A stretch of DNA of 63,581 nt, the filler included, from Craspedostauros australis (Eukaryota): assembly GCA_030167865.1 (NCBI GenBank). It is 10 parts of 10 records of this genome, joined end to end, with 100 filler letters (N's around TTAATTAATTAA, not from the genome) between each part and the next. Parts side by side here need not be neighbours in the genome. Positions count along the whole stretch, not along the records: positions 1 to 5,305 come from JALAGF010006049.1; positions 5,406 to 13,057 come from JALAGF010006051.1; 8 more parts are not named here. One strand, given 5' to 3'. The notes beneath the pieces were generated by a model, which had not been told where the DNA came from, made no database searches, and saw only the letters and a program-made list of their open reading frames with translations. Made by a program: the position numbers and the translations under genes. How positions within the stretch are numbered: position 1 is the stretch's first letter; every line of letters starts with the position of its first letter. This document shows, piece after piece, positions 1-11,600 of this stretch.

Positions 1-229
1 CGCGGAAGCAGCACCTCCATGTACCATCCGTACCATCCACTCGTTTCGGTTATCAATCCATTCATCAATAGCGAGTGTGCGATGAGAATGATCAGGGGCT
101 ACCGTCAAACTCAAGCAGGATGATCAACCATCAGAACACTACCCTCTCAATGACTGAGCATTCGAGATGGTGTTCCATTTGAGCCATTTCTGGACGTCTC
201 TCCCTGCACATGCCTTCACTGTGAACACC

Positions 230-1468
230 TCAAGAGCAGGCAGCTGGGTTTGGCGTTGAGCAGTCCGTGGTTGGATTATCGATGGTATAGGTAGACGCGG
301 TGGATCCTGGACACATGTCTGTGTCGACACAGTTTTGGCAGCTGCTCGTCGAAATGCAAGTACCTGGAGCAATGACAAGGTCATCAACGGCAGCGTCACT
401 GTTAGCGACACCATCGCAGCTACTTGTCGACGCACACGCACTGTCCCCAATAAAAAGGCTTCCAAGATTCTTGGAATCACCTCTGTGGGCATTCTTGCAT
501 GCATTTTGTCCTTGGCATGCGTTGTCTCCGATGATGATGTCGGCGATGACGGGCGAGAGCACACGCTTTCCCTGGTTGGAACGACGTCCGAGATCCATGC
601 AGCTGCCCAACCCGCTGCATGCTCCAGGCTGAACTTGGATAGCACCGTAGATGTTCTTTCCGAGATTCTGGCAGCTGGAAGTAGCGGTGCATGCATTTGG
701 TCCAATAATCTTGTTACCGATGACAGAGGTGCTGTGCGGGCGATATGGGTCGAACTGTCCAAAGTTGTTGCAGGAGTTCTCCCCAGTACAGCTATTGAAG
801 ATCATGGCTTTGGGAGCGATGTCGGTGCAAGAGCCAATTGCTGCGCAGGAATCCGTGGTGATGGTGAACGATCCACCGTTGGATGAGCAACCTCCGGCTG
901 GACAGCAAGGGTATCCTTCGGCACTGCATGCTGCAGTGAGTGCGTCGCCTCGTCCGGTCATGATGATCCCGCTGCCGTCGACAGCATTCAAGATGGCGGC
1001 GATAGCGTTGCCATCATTCTTCACACGGTCGAAGAGTCTTTGGGAGTTGACTTGCGTATTTGCCTTGTTTTTTGCGTTGCATGCGAAGATGCTCTTGACG
1101 AGCCTGTCCTTATTGTTTGGGAGTGCCTCGATGGTCGCCAAAAAGTCGGCGCATGTCCCAACGGCCTCGTCGCAAAAAACTTCGGACGCAGGGCTTCTCA
1201 TGTCGAAGTTGCTGGTGACATCCCCTGGCGTTTCGAGGCAGCCGACGACCATGGAAGGTAGAACAGGGGTCTCAGACGGGTACGGTGTTGGTATCGACGT
1301 TGGCATCGACGTTGGCATCGACGTTGGCATCGACGTTGGCGACTGCGCATTCGCTTTCAACTCTCTTCGCGGAGCGACCACGGAATCTTCAGCTGGATCC
1401 AAAGCCAGCGCCATTGCCATGTTGGCAAAGACGAGAGCGCCGATAATAGATGCCTTGATCTTGAACAT
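230..1468 (-). CDS. Secreted cysteine-rich repeat protein (412 aa; signal peptide, RxL-like motif, PT-rich linker, C-x5-C repeats)
   Basis: ATG at 1468 inside ORF 230..1783 gives MFKIKASIIGALVFANMAMALA (hydrophobic signal peptide), then RREL, (PTSM)x3-PTSI-PTPYPS, and about 7 repeats such as IGPNACTATSSC, IGDNACQGQNAC and IGDSACASTSSC. No intron needed. The upstream part of the ORF reads through a microsatellite and is probably UTR. Confidence 0.85.
   Translation of the reverse strand: MFKIKASIIGALVFANMAMALALDPAEDSVVAPRRELKANAQSPTSMPTSMPTSMPTSIPTPYPSETPVLPSMVVGCLETPGDVTSNFDMRSPASEVFCDEAVGTCADFLATIEALPNNKDRLVKSIFACNAKNKANTQVNSQRLFDRVKNDGNAIAAILNAVDGSGIIMTGRGDALTAACSAEGYPCCPAGGCSSNGGSFTITTDSCAAIGSCTDIAPKAMIFNSCTGENSCNNFGQFDPYRPHSTSVIGNKIIGPNACTATSSCQNLGKNIYGAIQVQPGACSGLGSCMDLGRRSNQGKRVLSPVIADIIIGDNACQGQNACKNAHRGDSKNLGSLFIGDSACASTSSCDGVANSDAAVDDLVIAPGTCISTSSCQNCVDTDMCPGSTASTYTIDNPTTDCSTPNPAACS
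1287..1340 (-). repeat. 12-bp coding tandem repeat (GTTGGYATCGAC x4.5) encoding PTSM/PTSI
   Basis: Directly visible repeat units at 1287, 1299, 1311 and 1323. Confidence 0.95.
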
Positions 1469-2459
1469 GGTTGCTATCGTTTGTTTGTTTGTTTGTTTGT
1501 TTGTGTGTGTGTCGTTGTCTGCATGGAACGAATTAATGCGCACGCAGATGCAGATGGATCGCAGACGTGTTGCACCATGCGAAGAATAGGTGGAAACGAA
1601 CCACATCATTGACCGCAGCCAGATCAGACAGGAGTCAAGGAGGTTGCGGTATTGTTGGAAATCGCACCGCAGACTTCGGTGCGCACAAAAATCCGACGTA
1701 TGCACGACAGACGACCAANGTCTACCCAAAGTAGACACAAAGTTAGACTTCTGAAAACGCAGTCCTGAGTTTGATTGGCACAATAGTGCACATCGTACTT
1801 AGGCACGCACTCGGTTGCACTGCTCCATGTCAAAAGCATAATTCCATCGTATGTTCGTCCACCATAAAATCACCTGAACTGCTTATTGTAGAGTATACTT
1901 GATGGCAAAGAGCATCAATGGCCTCCTTCTCGTTGCTACATTCACACTTCTTCCAACAATTGACATCGTTGAATGGAATAACAAGCACGCCAGTCATTGT
2001 GAGATGCCTGCGTTAAGGTTGGCTATTCGTCGGAAACAAGTAATCGAGATACCTATTCGATTCATGATATTGATAGCATTGAAGATGTTTGCAATCAGAG
2101 TTCTATCTTCGAATGCTGGACATGTAAGGCACCACCCGGATCGGTCAGCATTGATCATGGTATTGAATCTACTATAAATATGGAACAACTTGTGCNGCAT
2201 TCGCTCTCTGACATTTGACAAGTGAGCCATNTCGGATGTTTGTNACGGATATTCTCTGCACGTTTTCTCTTTGTTGCCGCGCGGACGAGATACCAGACTC
2301 TCCATACTACATACAATGGAGAAGGGGTGTTGTGACAGACATGCAATACCCTTGCTGCATGCGATCGCCTGGTGATGCATTGTATTCAAAACCACAAGAT
2401 ACACGAAGCACGACGGATTCCACTCTATCCTGATACCCCTTTTGTCACGTATAATAGCT

Positions 2460-3263
2460 GGCTGTGGTCGCAACAGTTCGCGGAAGTCACCGATTCACAG
2501 GCACACTACATGTTCGTAGATTCCCTGTGGCTTCNACATTGCCNATGTNAGATTGCATGATTACACGACCACATGAGAAAGGGCGTCTGAACAGGTCTTG
2601 TTGCTAACACACACCACATCACACGTAACAGGCAAAACAAGCGCACCACGTTGTAGTGCCGAACAAACATGTCCGTCACAGAATTCGTTCCTTGCTGATG
2701 GTCATTATGTGTGGGCATTGATGGTAGCGGAGATACACGCAATGGAAATAACTGTTGTCACAAGCACCTGTTGTGACCATGACAAATGCCTCGTAGTCGT
2801 ACATCTGCGAACAAAATTCCAACTTAGTACGTCAATNNNNNNNNNNNNNNNNNNNNNNNNNNNNNNNNNNNNNNNNNNNNNNNNNNGGCTGTGGTCGCAA
2901 CAGTTCGCGGAAGTCACCGATTCACAGGCACACTACATGTTCGTAGATTCCCTGTGGCTTCGACATTGCCAATGTGAGATTGCATGATTACACGACCACA
3001 TGAGAAAGGGCGTCTGAACAGGTCTTGTTGCTAACACACACCACATCACACGTAACAGGCAAAACAAGCGCACCACGTTGTAGTGCCGAACAAACATGTT
3101 CGTCACATAATTTGTTCCTTGCTGATGGTCATTATGTGTGGGCATTGATGGTAGCGGAGATACACGCAATGGAAATAAGTGTTGTCACAAGCACCTGTTG
3201 TGACCATGACAAATGTCTCGTAGTCGTGCATCTGCGAACAAAATTCCAACTTTGTACGTCAAT
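2460..3263. other. ~377-bp duplication flanking a 50-N gap (probable unmerged overlap or haplotype artefact)
   Basis: 2460-2836 is repeated at 2887-3263 with a few SNPs. The same pattern recurs at many other 50-N gaps in the window. Confidence 0.85.
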
Positions 3264-4274
3264 GTACAGAAAGACGGTCATTCTTCGCCGACAGAAGTTC
3301 GCACAGCGACCACCACTTCTGTCCGTTACCATGGAGCCAGTGTCAAGTTCACGCACGCGTTGTTGGAGAATGGCTGTCTGCTACTTCGTGTTTCTTGGAC
3401 GCGTGGAATGTCAGTGTGCCGTGCCTTTCCAACACACTGCGTGGGGAAGACGATGTCGTTGCAACATCCGACCAAAGTCGTACCTCCGTCGGATCATGTC
3501 ATCTCAACAACCNNNNNNNNNNNNNNNNNNNNNGATCAATGTTTGACCAATGTAAGACCAATGTTACCGTAAAGTATGACATTGCGGCGGCAGGGTTTTT
3601 CCATGTTTCGAAGGCGCAACTTGCCACCCCTCTCTGCGATCACTCAGAATGATTAGTTCGCAACTATACACATAGAATGACCAAAGGAGGCCTCCCCTAT
3701 CACGTAGTGGCACTTTTGTTGCCATTAATATTATAGTTATTTCTAAAGAGGGTGTCTAAATTGGTGTGATTAGCCTTACTTCTAGCAAAAATGTCAATTA
3801 CGTCATTCACATGTCAGACATACACCATACCAATGTATGATGTTTGTCAGCTGATTGCATACTGACGTCGGATGTTGATCAGCTTGCTGTGCATGCTGGT
3901 CCGACCAACGTCGTACGACGTCGNCTGGACCTCATAGCGACGTGACTGTTTGCCACAACAACGCACTTGTGTCTGTCTAGTGCGGAAACATGCCTGCATA
4001 CACAACATCAACGAAGCAGCGATGTTCATCATCCTCATGGCAACAAACGAGTTGTTCTTGCGTGAGACATGTCCGTTCTGTTCCACACCAAAGAAGGACA
4101 ACAATTAATCATTCACATCTCGCCACCACCGCAGCGGAGGATTCGCCACACACAAGGTTGAACAGAAACTGACATTCTCTTGCGGTTTGACATTCGACAG
4201 CAGTCACGGCAAACCAACAGAAGTAAAAGTGCTTTATCTTTACGACCATTTGTTTTTTTGTTTTCTGTCAATAG

Positions 4275-5305
4275 GAGCCCCTCGAGTGAGTCGACCAACA
4301 CTTTGAAATAGACCTCTTGGATTTTTGTCTCCGTTGTCCAAACCAAGCACATAATCGTAATCCCTGTAGGTCTAATACAAATAATTAACCATTACATTTT
4401 TGAGTTAAATCCTATTTTAAGTTTTACGGACCGATGGATATGCGCAATTTTCGATCTCTCTCGGGTTTCAGCCTTTCGCCTACGACTACATCGATCCAAT
4501 TTAACCCTTTGCTGTTCTTCGTTTCAGCGACGTTGTTCCCATTTTGAATTGTTTAGTCTCTTTTTCAGGTGTTCGGACGAGACCATCCAACAGTCCATCC
4601 ACGATAACGCTAGTTGTAGAGTTTTGGGAGAAGCGGCGAGTTCGCGTTTACATTCATTCTACCCTATGTTTGCCTGATCCGTCATCGACGTCACCAGACT
4701 GGCTGCTGCGTCATGAACCACCAATCACAGCACGATGTGAAGCAGCATCAGCCACGTTTCGTCGTGACGGAATGGTCGAGTTGCATTGGTACTCCAGAAG
4801 TGTTTTGTGTCATGCTTCTTTCGTACGTTTTGTTAGGTTCTTGCAATTACCTCGGCCCCCAGTATGTCCGACTGGTTCAGAGTGCCAAACTCCAAAAAAC
4901 AACAACATGACAATGGCGGAACACCAAAAAACGCCACAATGGCCGTCCAACGGCAATCACTGCGCCGCACCAACCAGTGATCCACCACAAAATCCAAGCA
5001 CATCGCCGTCACCGCGATGCAGCCGTTGGTGGGTGGACGAGAGGGGGTCGCGAGAGCGCTTGATTTGGGGCCGNNNNAGGCCCCAGATCAAACGTCACAA
5101 TTTCGCACCAGATTGCCTCGTTGCATATGGCCGGTGTACTCCATCCACAACCCACCCCAACGCCTATGGATGGGCAGGATGGATCCAGGAGGCCAAGACC
5201 AAGATTCACACGAAGTTTCAAGCTCGGGGAGGACCGGGAAGGCCTCCGCGCGGAGGAAAAAGTGGAGGGCAAGAGTTTTCGCGGTGTGTCGTGGGGATTC
5301 CATCA
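4275..5305 (+). mobile_element. Dispersed repeat with GAGCCC..GTGAGTCGACC terminus (putative DNA transposon end), copy 1
   Basis: Homologous over ~1 kb to the reverse complement of 40.9-42.05 kb, and over the first ~170 bp to 58523 onward. All three copies begin at the same GAGCCC. Truncated by the contig end. Confidence 0.7.
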
Positions 5306-5404
5306 NNNNNNNNNNNNNNNNNNNNNNNNNNNNNNNNNNNNNNNNNNNNTTAATTAATTAANNNNNNNNNNNNNNNNNNNNNNNNNNNNNNNNNNNNNNN
5401 NNNN
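5306..5404. other. Artificial scaffold linker N..TTAATTAATTAA..N (stop codons in all six frames)
   Basis: Identical 12-mer cores embedded in N runs at 5350, 13102, 18134, 20319, 31141, 40237, 47463, 54356 and 59274. Confidence 0.98.
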
Positions 5405-7663
5405 NCATTGTCAACGCCTGGAAAGAAGTCATCGGGACCTGGACAAGGACAAGGAGGTGAGTCTGGGACCTGGAGAAACTGCCCATCCGAACTCCTTGGA
5501 AATGTCCTCGTCATCCAAGAAGGAGCCAAGTCATGCCCCGATGACACTGGAGCGGGTGGATGGATCACGTTTGACTTCAACGATGCCATCGCTGGAGATG
5601 TGCAATTCACATACGCCAAGCTTCTTGACTCTGACGACGGTAACGCACCAAAGATCAGGGTCTGGAAGACCGGTGAAGATGTGACCAAAGACCCTCGCAC
5701 CAATGAGTACGACACGGCCCTGGCAGGAAACAACGGGCTGTGGTCGGACTCCTTCGACCAAGATGAAAACCAGAAGACCATGTATTCCGACCTTCAACGA
5801 ATCCAATTTGAGTACTTCGGATCTGGATCCATCGCTGAGATCCGATTCAAGCCTTCGAAGTGCCCACCCACCCTCAGCGGTATCAGCGACAGCGACAGCG
5901 ATGATGGAAGCAGCAACGGAAGCAGCAGCGATGATGGCAACAGCAATGGAAGCAACGGAAGCAACAGCGATGATGGTAACAGCAACGGCAGCAATGGCAG
6001 CAACGGCAGTAATGGCAGCAACGGTAGCAATGAAAGCAACGCTAGCAACGGAAGCAACAGCGATGATGGTAACAGCAATGGAAGCAATGGAAGTAACGCT
6101 AGCAACGGCAGCAATGGAAGCAACGGCAGCAATGGTAGCAACGGCAGCAATGGAAGCAACGGCAGCAACGGAAGCAACAGCGATGATGGTAACAGCAATG
6201 GAAGTAACGCTAGCAACGGCAGCAACGGCAGCAATGGAAGCAACGGCAGCAATGGAAGCAACAGCGANNNNNNNNNNNNNNNNNNNNNNNNNNNNNNNNN
6301 NNNNNNNNNNNNNNNNNGCAGCAATGGAAGCAACGGCAGCAATGGAAGCAACAGCGATGATGGTAACAGCAATGGAAGCAACGCTAGCAACGGCAGCAAC
6401 GCTAGCAACGGCAGCAACGGCAGCAATGGAAGCAACGGCAGCAACGGAAGCAACGGCAGCAACAGCGATGATGGTAACAGCAATGGAAGCAATGCAAGTA
6501 ACGCTAGCAACGGCAGCAACGGCAGCAATGGAAGCAACGGCAGCAATGGAAGCAACGGCAGTAATGGTAGCAACGGCAGCAACGGAAGCAACAGTGATGA
6601 TGGTAACAGCAATGGAAGCAATGGAAGTAACGCTAGCAACGGCAGCAACGGCAGCAATGGAAGCAACGGCAGCAATGGAAGCAACGGCAGCAATGGAAGC
6701 AACAGCGATGATGGTAACAGCAATGGAAGCAACGCTAGCAACGGCAGCAACGGCAGCAATGGAAGCAACGGCAGCAATGGAAGCAACAGCGATGATGGTA
6801 ACAGCAATGGAAGCAATGGAAGTAACGCTAGCAACGGCAGCAACGGCAGCAACGGAAGCAACAGCGATGATGGTAACAGCGACGGAAGCAACGGCAGCAA
6901 CGCTAGCAACGGAAGCAACAGCGATGACGGTAACAGCAACGGAAGCAACGGCAGCAATGGAAGCAACGGAAGCAACGGAAGCAACAGCGATGATGGTAAC
7001 AGCAATGGAAGCAACGGCAGCAATGGCAGCAACGGAAGCAACAGCGATGATGGTAACAGCGACGGAACTAACGGAAGCAACGGCAGCAACGGTAGCAATG
7101 GAAGCAACGGCAGCAATGGCAGCAATGGAAGCAACGGAAGCAATGGCAGCAATGGAAGCAACAGCGATGATGGTAACAGCAATGGAAGCAACGCTAGCAA
7201 CGGCAGCAACGGCAGCAATGGAAGCAACGGAAGCAACGGAAGCAATGGCAGCAACGGCAGCAATGGAAGCAACAGCGATGATGGTAACAGCAACGGAAGC
7301 AACGCTAGCAATGGAAGCAACGGAAGCAACGCTAGCAACGGAAGCAACAGCGATGATGGTAACAGCAATGGAAGCAACGGTAGCAACGGCAGCAATGGAA
7401 GCAACAGCGATGATGGTAACAGCAATGGAAGCAACGCTAGCGACGGAACTAACGGAAGCAACGGCAGCAACGCTAGCAACGGAAGCAACAGCGATGATGG
7501 TAACAGCAATGGAAGCAACGGCAGCAATGGCAGCAACGGAAGCAACAGTGATGATGGTAACAGCGACGGAACCAACGGAAGCAACGGCAGCAATGGAAGC
7601 AACAGCGATGATGGTAACAGCAATGGAAGCAACGCTAGCAATGGAAGCAATGGCAGCGACTAA
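5405..7663 (+). CDS. 5'-truncated probably extracellular protein: globular GNVLxIQE..PDD..GG domain followed by ~590-aa Ser-Asn-Gly / SDDGN repeat tail
   Basis: Frame is open from the contig edge to TAA at 7661-7663. The globular part reads CPSELLGNVLVIQEGAKSCPDDTGAGGWITFDF..LLDSD..GNNG..FGSGSIAEIRF. Repeat variation is mostly at third codon positions in this frame (AAC/AAT, GGA/GGC/GGT, AGC/AGT). Confidence 0.85.
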   Translation, partial: XLSTPGKKSSGPGQGQGGESGTWRNCPSELLGNVLVIQEGAKSCPDDTGAGGWITFDFNDAIAGDVQFTYAKLLDSDDGNAPKIRVWKTGEDVTKDPRTNEYDTALAGNNGLWSDSFDQDENQKTMYSDLQRIQFEYFGSGSIAEIRFKPSKCPPTLSGISDSDSDDGSSNGSSSDDGNSNGSNGSNSDDGNSNGSNGSNGSNGSNGSNESNASNGSNSDDGNSNGSNGSNASNGSNGSNGSNGSNGSNGSNGSNGSNSDDGNSNGSNASNGSNGSNGSNGSNGSNSXXXXXXXXXXXXXXXXXXSNGSNGSNGSNSDDGNSNGSNASNGSNASNGSNGSNGSNGSNGSNGSNSDDGNSNGSNASNASNGSNGSNGSNGSNGSNGSNGSNGSNGSNSDDGNSNGSNGSNASNGSNGSNGSNGSNGSNGSNGSNSDDGNSNGSNASNGSNGSNGSNGSNGSNSDDGNSNGSNGSNASNGSNGSNGSNSDDGNSDGSNGSNASNGSNSDDGNSNGSNGSNGSNGSNGSNSDDGNSNGSNGSNGSNGSNSDDGNSDGTNGSNGSNGSNGSNGSNGSNGSNGSNGSNGSNSDDGNSNGSNASNGSNGSNGSNGSNGSNGSNGSNGSNSDDGNSNGSNASNGSNGSNASNGSNSDDGNSNGSNGSNGSNGSNSDDGNSNGSNASDGTNGSNGSNASNGSNSDDGNSNGSNGSNGSNGSNSDDGNSDGTNGSNGSNGSNSDDGNSNGSNASNGSNGSD
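5885..7660 (+). repeat. Coding minisatellite: 9-nt AGCAAYGGN units punctuated by AGCAACAGCGATGATGGTAAC
   Basis: Directly visible. It contains one 50-N gap (6268-6317), so true length is uncertain. Confidence 0.95.
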
Positions 7664-8652
7664 ACTGGACACCTCGCAACAGCTACTGCTGCCCAAACCA
7701 AGAAGGATAACACATGCATACAAAGAAAAATTAGAGTTAAACCACCATATTTTGTGCTTGTCGACGGCAGATTTGTTGTGCGCACTTGGGATTCCTGTGC
7801 AAATCGCGAGAAGCGACCAACCTTGAGCCTCGGGTTCCCTCCGACTCGTAGAGTAGTTTGGCCTGTTTTCCGGCACACCCATTCTAATCAATTAATATTT
7901 CGTACGATCAGGTCGTAGTTGAGCGCAAGTATGGAGCAAGCGCAGGTACGAGATTGGACTCTGCACTCTTTGCGCAGGCTGCGATCCCAAAGCGACGCAG
8001 ATGGTTCGGAACTGCCTCAATTCCGCCTAGTCGACCCGGCTAAAATTGTATTCCGGCGAATCGGAGCAGTCCGCTGTTGGCGAAAAGTTTTTGGCGAAAC
8101 AGAAACTGCGCCAACACAACCATGTTTTGTCTGTCGTCGTTTGAATTGGTGCTTTGGCACTGATTGTCGTGTTGCGTTGTGTTGGATTCTGTTTGTTTCC
8201 ATCCCCCGAAAGCCGCAATGACACAATCAACACAATCAATACAATCAATACAATCAACGATATCACCTCCTGACAAGTGCGGTGGCGAGGGAGCGAGGTT
8301 GTACATGGAGCGCACTCATTGTCTGCCTGATCGCACTCGTAGCCAATATCATATAGAGTGCGTGCCTTGACGTACCATCAGAAGGTGCAGATACAAGCCA
8401 AGTACGGTCGTGACTTGGGCGGATCGAGGGTGCAGCACTCCGCACAAGACCACCGATCGCCATTCACAGCTGCCACACGCGCAACCACAACAACAAGAGC
8501 AAGTAAACACAAGAGGAAGATACTCAACGATATCCGACGATAACCAACAGCTCCTTCGAATACGTGAGAGTTCCATTGCTAGGAGAGCACTCTACTCTAC
8601 TCTATTCACATTCACATCCATATTCACAGCAATCTGGGCGATCGCAAGCACC

Positions 8653-11600
8653 ATGCCGTCACCGTTGCAGGGCGCAATGCAGACCATCCCGCAGCTCGTG
8701 GGGCCTGTCTACGATGTCGCAGCTGCATACCTGCGGCACGTGGTGCAACGCATGGACATTCCAGCGTGGGATGTGTACTCCACGGCCTTCCAGACCTGCG
8801 CCCATGACTTGGTGCAATCCAGCCAATCGACGGCGACCTTCCTGTACTTGACATTCCGACCCGTCGCCATTTTATGCTGGATCATCCTGGAGATACTGGG
8901 GCGTGTTGGTCAGGTGCTATTCCAGCATCTGCTGGCTCAGGGTTGGCGCAGCGCGCAGAACGGCGCCATGCAGGCCAAGGCCGGCATCGTTTGGTTCTAC
9001 ATGTTCCAGCGGTCGCTGAGCCGAACGGAGGCTTTGGGCGAGATCGCCATTTGCTGCGCGTTGGTGGTTGGCTACTATCTGCGGAAATGGCTCAAACGCC
9101 AAACCTACGTCGAGAGGGCCAGCAGATGGTGCTCTCGCAAGAAGCGGTACATGGTCCAGGTACGTCCGCATGATCGTGCGCATGTGTGCGTGCGTGCGTG
9201 CGTGCATTTGTATGTCTGCGTGCGATGTGCTCTCCTGGACTGCATTGGTATGGCATGGTATTATATTCCAGACAGTGTGTGGATGCAATATGCAACGTAG
9301 ATTGGGCTCCAATTATCCATGAAGAGATGGAAGTGGAAGGGAGGAGAGAGATCAGCACAAGCCAAACAACATGAAGTCTCTGGACTCCACTCCCGAGTCG
9401 TGGATGGATCATCCCCACCACCACCATCGGCATTTTCCGTTACTTTGTGTTCCAAGTCCGTGTTTTGTGTGGAATGGTTTTTGACCGTTTTTCCACGGTC
9501 GCTGTCCTCTTTGTTGGCTTGACACTCCTCGCTCATTTTCTCACACACATCACATCATTCGCCCTCAACCACCCTCCCACACACATCCATCGCACAAACG
9601 CAAACACAAATACAAACAAAATCCCACTGCGACCCGTCCCCGAACGAACATTCAACTGCACATGCGCACCTATCCGTATCATATGCGCATGATAGCAATA
9701 CACCAGGACAGTCAACCGAATTGCCAAATTCTCGCTCCTTCTGGCCATGCTGACGCCTCATGCGGCCTTCTGGGGCGCTGCGGCGCTCTGCAAGATCATG
9801 CTCCCGCGAGTGCTTCGATGGCTGGCCATGGATACGTACGCCACCGTCCTTATCAGCGTTGCCTTCCCCATGATTAGCACGATTGGTTGGATTCACGCAC
9901 AGCGCAATCCAGGATTGGAGACTGATGAAGCGAAGAAGAATGCAAAGAGTGCTAGCAATGTGAATGGCGTTGCTGCCAGCAACCAGGTAGCAGCTGTGGA
10001 CAAACGCAACGCCAAGGAATCCTCGCCCAGGAAAGCACCGTCTCGCATTGCGACACGGTCATCTGCTCGCATCGCCGAGGCAAAATCGAAGCGAGCTGCA
10101 TCTGCATCATCCTCATTGTCGTCATCCTCGTCGTCCGAACGCAAATCGAAGGACCTGCCAGCGTACATGAAGACCACCAAGGCGCAGCAGAGCCGAGAGG
10201 AGACGACGAGATCGAGAACGAGTGCACGCAAGAAGCTGGATGTCTTCCCTCGCACCTCGCCGTCCAAAAAGCGACGCGGGGATAGCTCCAAAGACAGCAG
10301 CAACCAAGCAGTGGCATCAGCACAATCTCAACCGCCCATCATCCCAATGGACTCCGGTTCCTACTGGCTGCGATATTGGATCGTTTATGCGTCCTTCCAG
10401 CTTCTGGGAAGATCAATCATGCTGGTTCCCATCTTCGGAAGAATGGTCACGCGCCACACCATGCTGGTGACGTTGACGTCGGAATTCCGGCTGTTCTTCT
10501 TCATCTGGATCTTCACCATGGAACGCACTCTGCGCCAAAATTTCGATACCAGCGATGGATTCGTGGCTCAGGCATTGCCGCTCCAGCTGCTCCTGCAGAG
10601 AATCCAGCCCATCGTCACCTCATTCCATGAACAAGTATCGCAGGCAGTCTCGGTCGAAACATGGGAATCCATGGCTGTCAGTCGCGCGAAACAAGTGCTG
10701 GGTGCTCTGGTGCTCATCCGTTTCATCTCGGAAGACCGTAAGGCCTGGCTGATCCATCTCATCGAAGAGGGGCGCGTGCTCGTCATTCCGTCCATCACGC
10801 TGATGATGCCCGGCTTCGTAACCCAATTCGGCGTCATGTACGTTCAATTTCTCCTCCCAGCGGCAAAATCCATCAATAACTACGAGAATGACAGCACGGA
10901 TGGTAAGCAGCTGCACCTGGAGTATTGGACTCTCAACATCATCGTCGCCGGCTTTTTGCAATGGTTCTCGTCATTGCTTTGGTGGATTCCATTTTCCACA
11001 CACGCCATCTTCATTCTGTGGTGCTACCTCACGCTGCCGAAGACCATCACGCAGCTGTACGACATCTTTGAATTGGAGCTGGTCGCATTTGGACTGATTG
11101 CGAAGCCGGGTCACGAGAGCATGGATATCAACGATACTCGCACCATGCGATTGGTCAAGGTCGTGGCTGCCCGGCTCCCAAGCGCGGACGCATCTGACAA
11201 CAGCAAGGACGATCAAGAGGGCCCTGCTGTAGGCGATCATGACAGCCGTGGTGGTGGCAGCGTATCTGACAATGACAGCGTCTACAATGATGGCGATGAC
11301 AAGAGCAACGAGCCCACAGCTCAGGCCAAGCCACTCATCGATGATGGGACACAAGAACAGAAGCAGGCGTCAGGGCAGGCACAGAGTCAACCACAATCGG
11401 CGACTGCAACAGACCCAACTGCGCCAACCACCACCATCACCATCAACAAGGAAAACAATGGCGCCGCAAACGCAGAAGTTGACGAGAGCCCGGGCGTGTG
11501 CAAGAAGCAGGGCGCATGGCAGAACGCCAACCCCACGCAGAAGCGCGCACAGGCAGCGGAGAATGGTCCGGAGCATGAATCATCGTCATCATCCTCTGGG

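Noticed and set aside
1899..4270. Short ORFs between the Cys-rich gene and the GAGCCC repeat
   Set aside because: No recognisable motifs, weak codon bias, ambiguous bases and a gap-associated duplication.
5703..7826. Alternative-frame ORF rich in Ala-Thr-Ala/Met-Glu-Ala, resembling fish antifreeze glycoprotein, plus two long antisense ORFs (5531..7891, 5794..7650)
   Set aside because: Shadow frames of the 9-nt repeat. Variation is mostly synonymous only in the SNG frame, which is also continuous with the globular domain.
8076..8100. Tandem TTGGCGAAA E2F-like motifs upstream of the HVA22-like gene
   Set aside because: Short motif with an imperfect match to the E2F consensus. A similar motif occurs inside repeats (47885, 57184), so a regulatory role cannot be supported from sequence alone.
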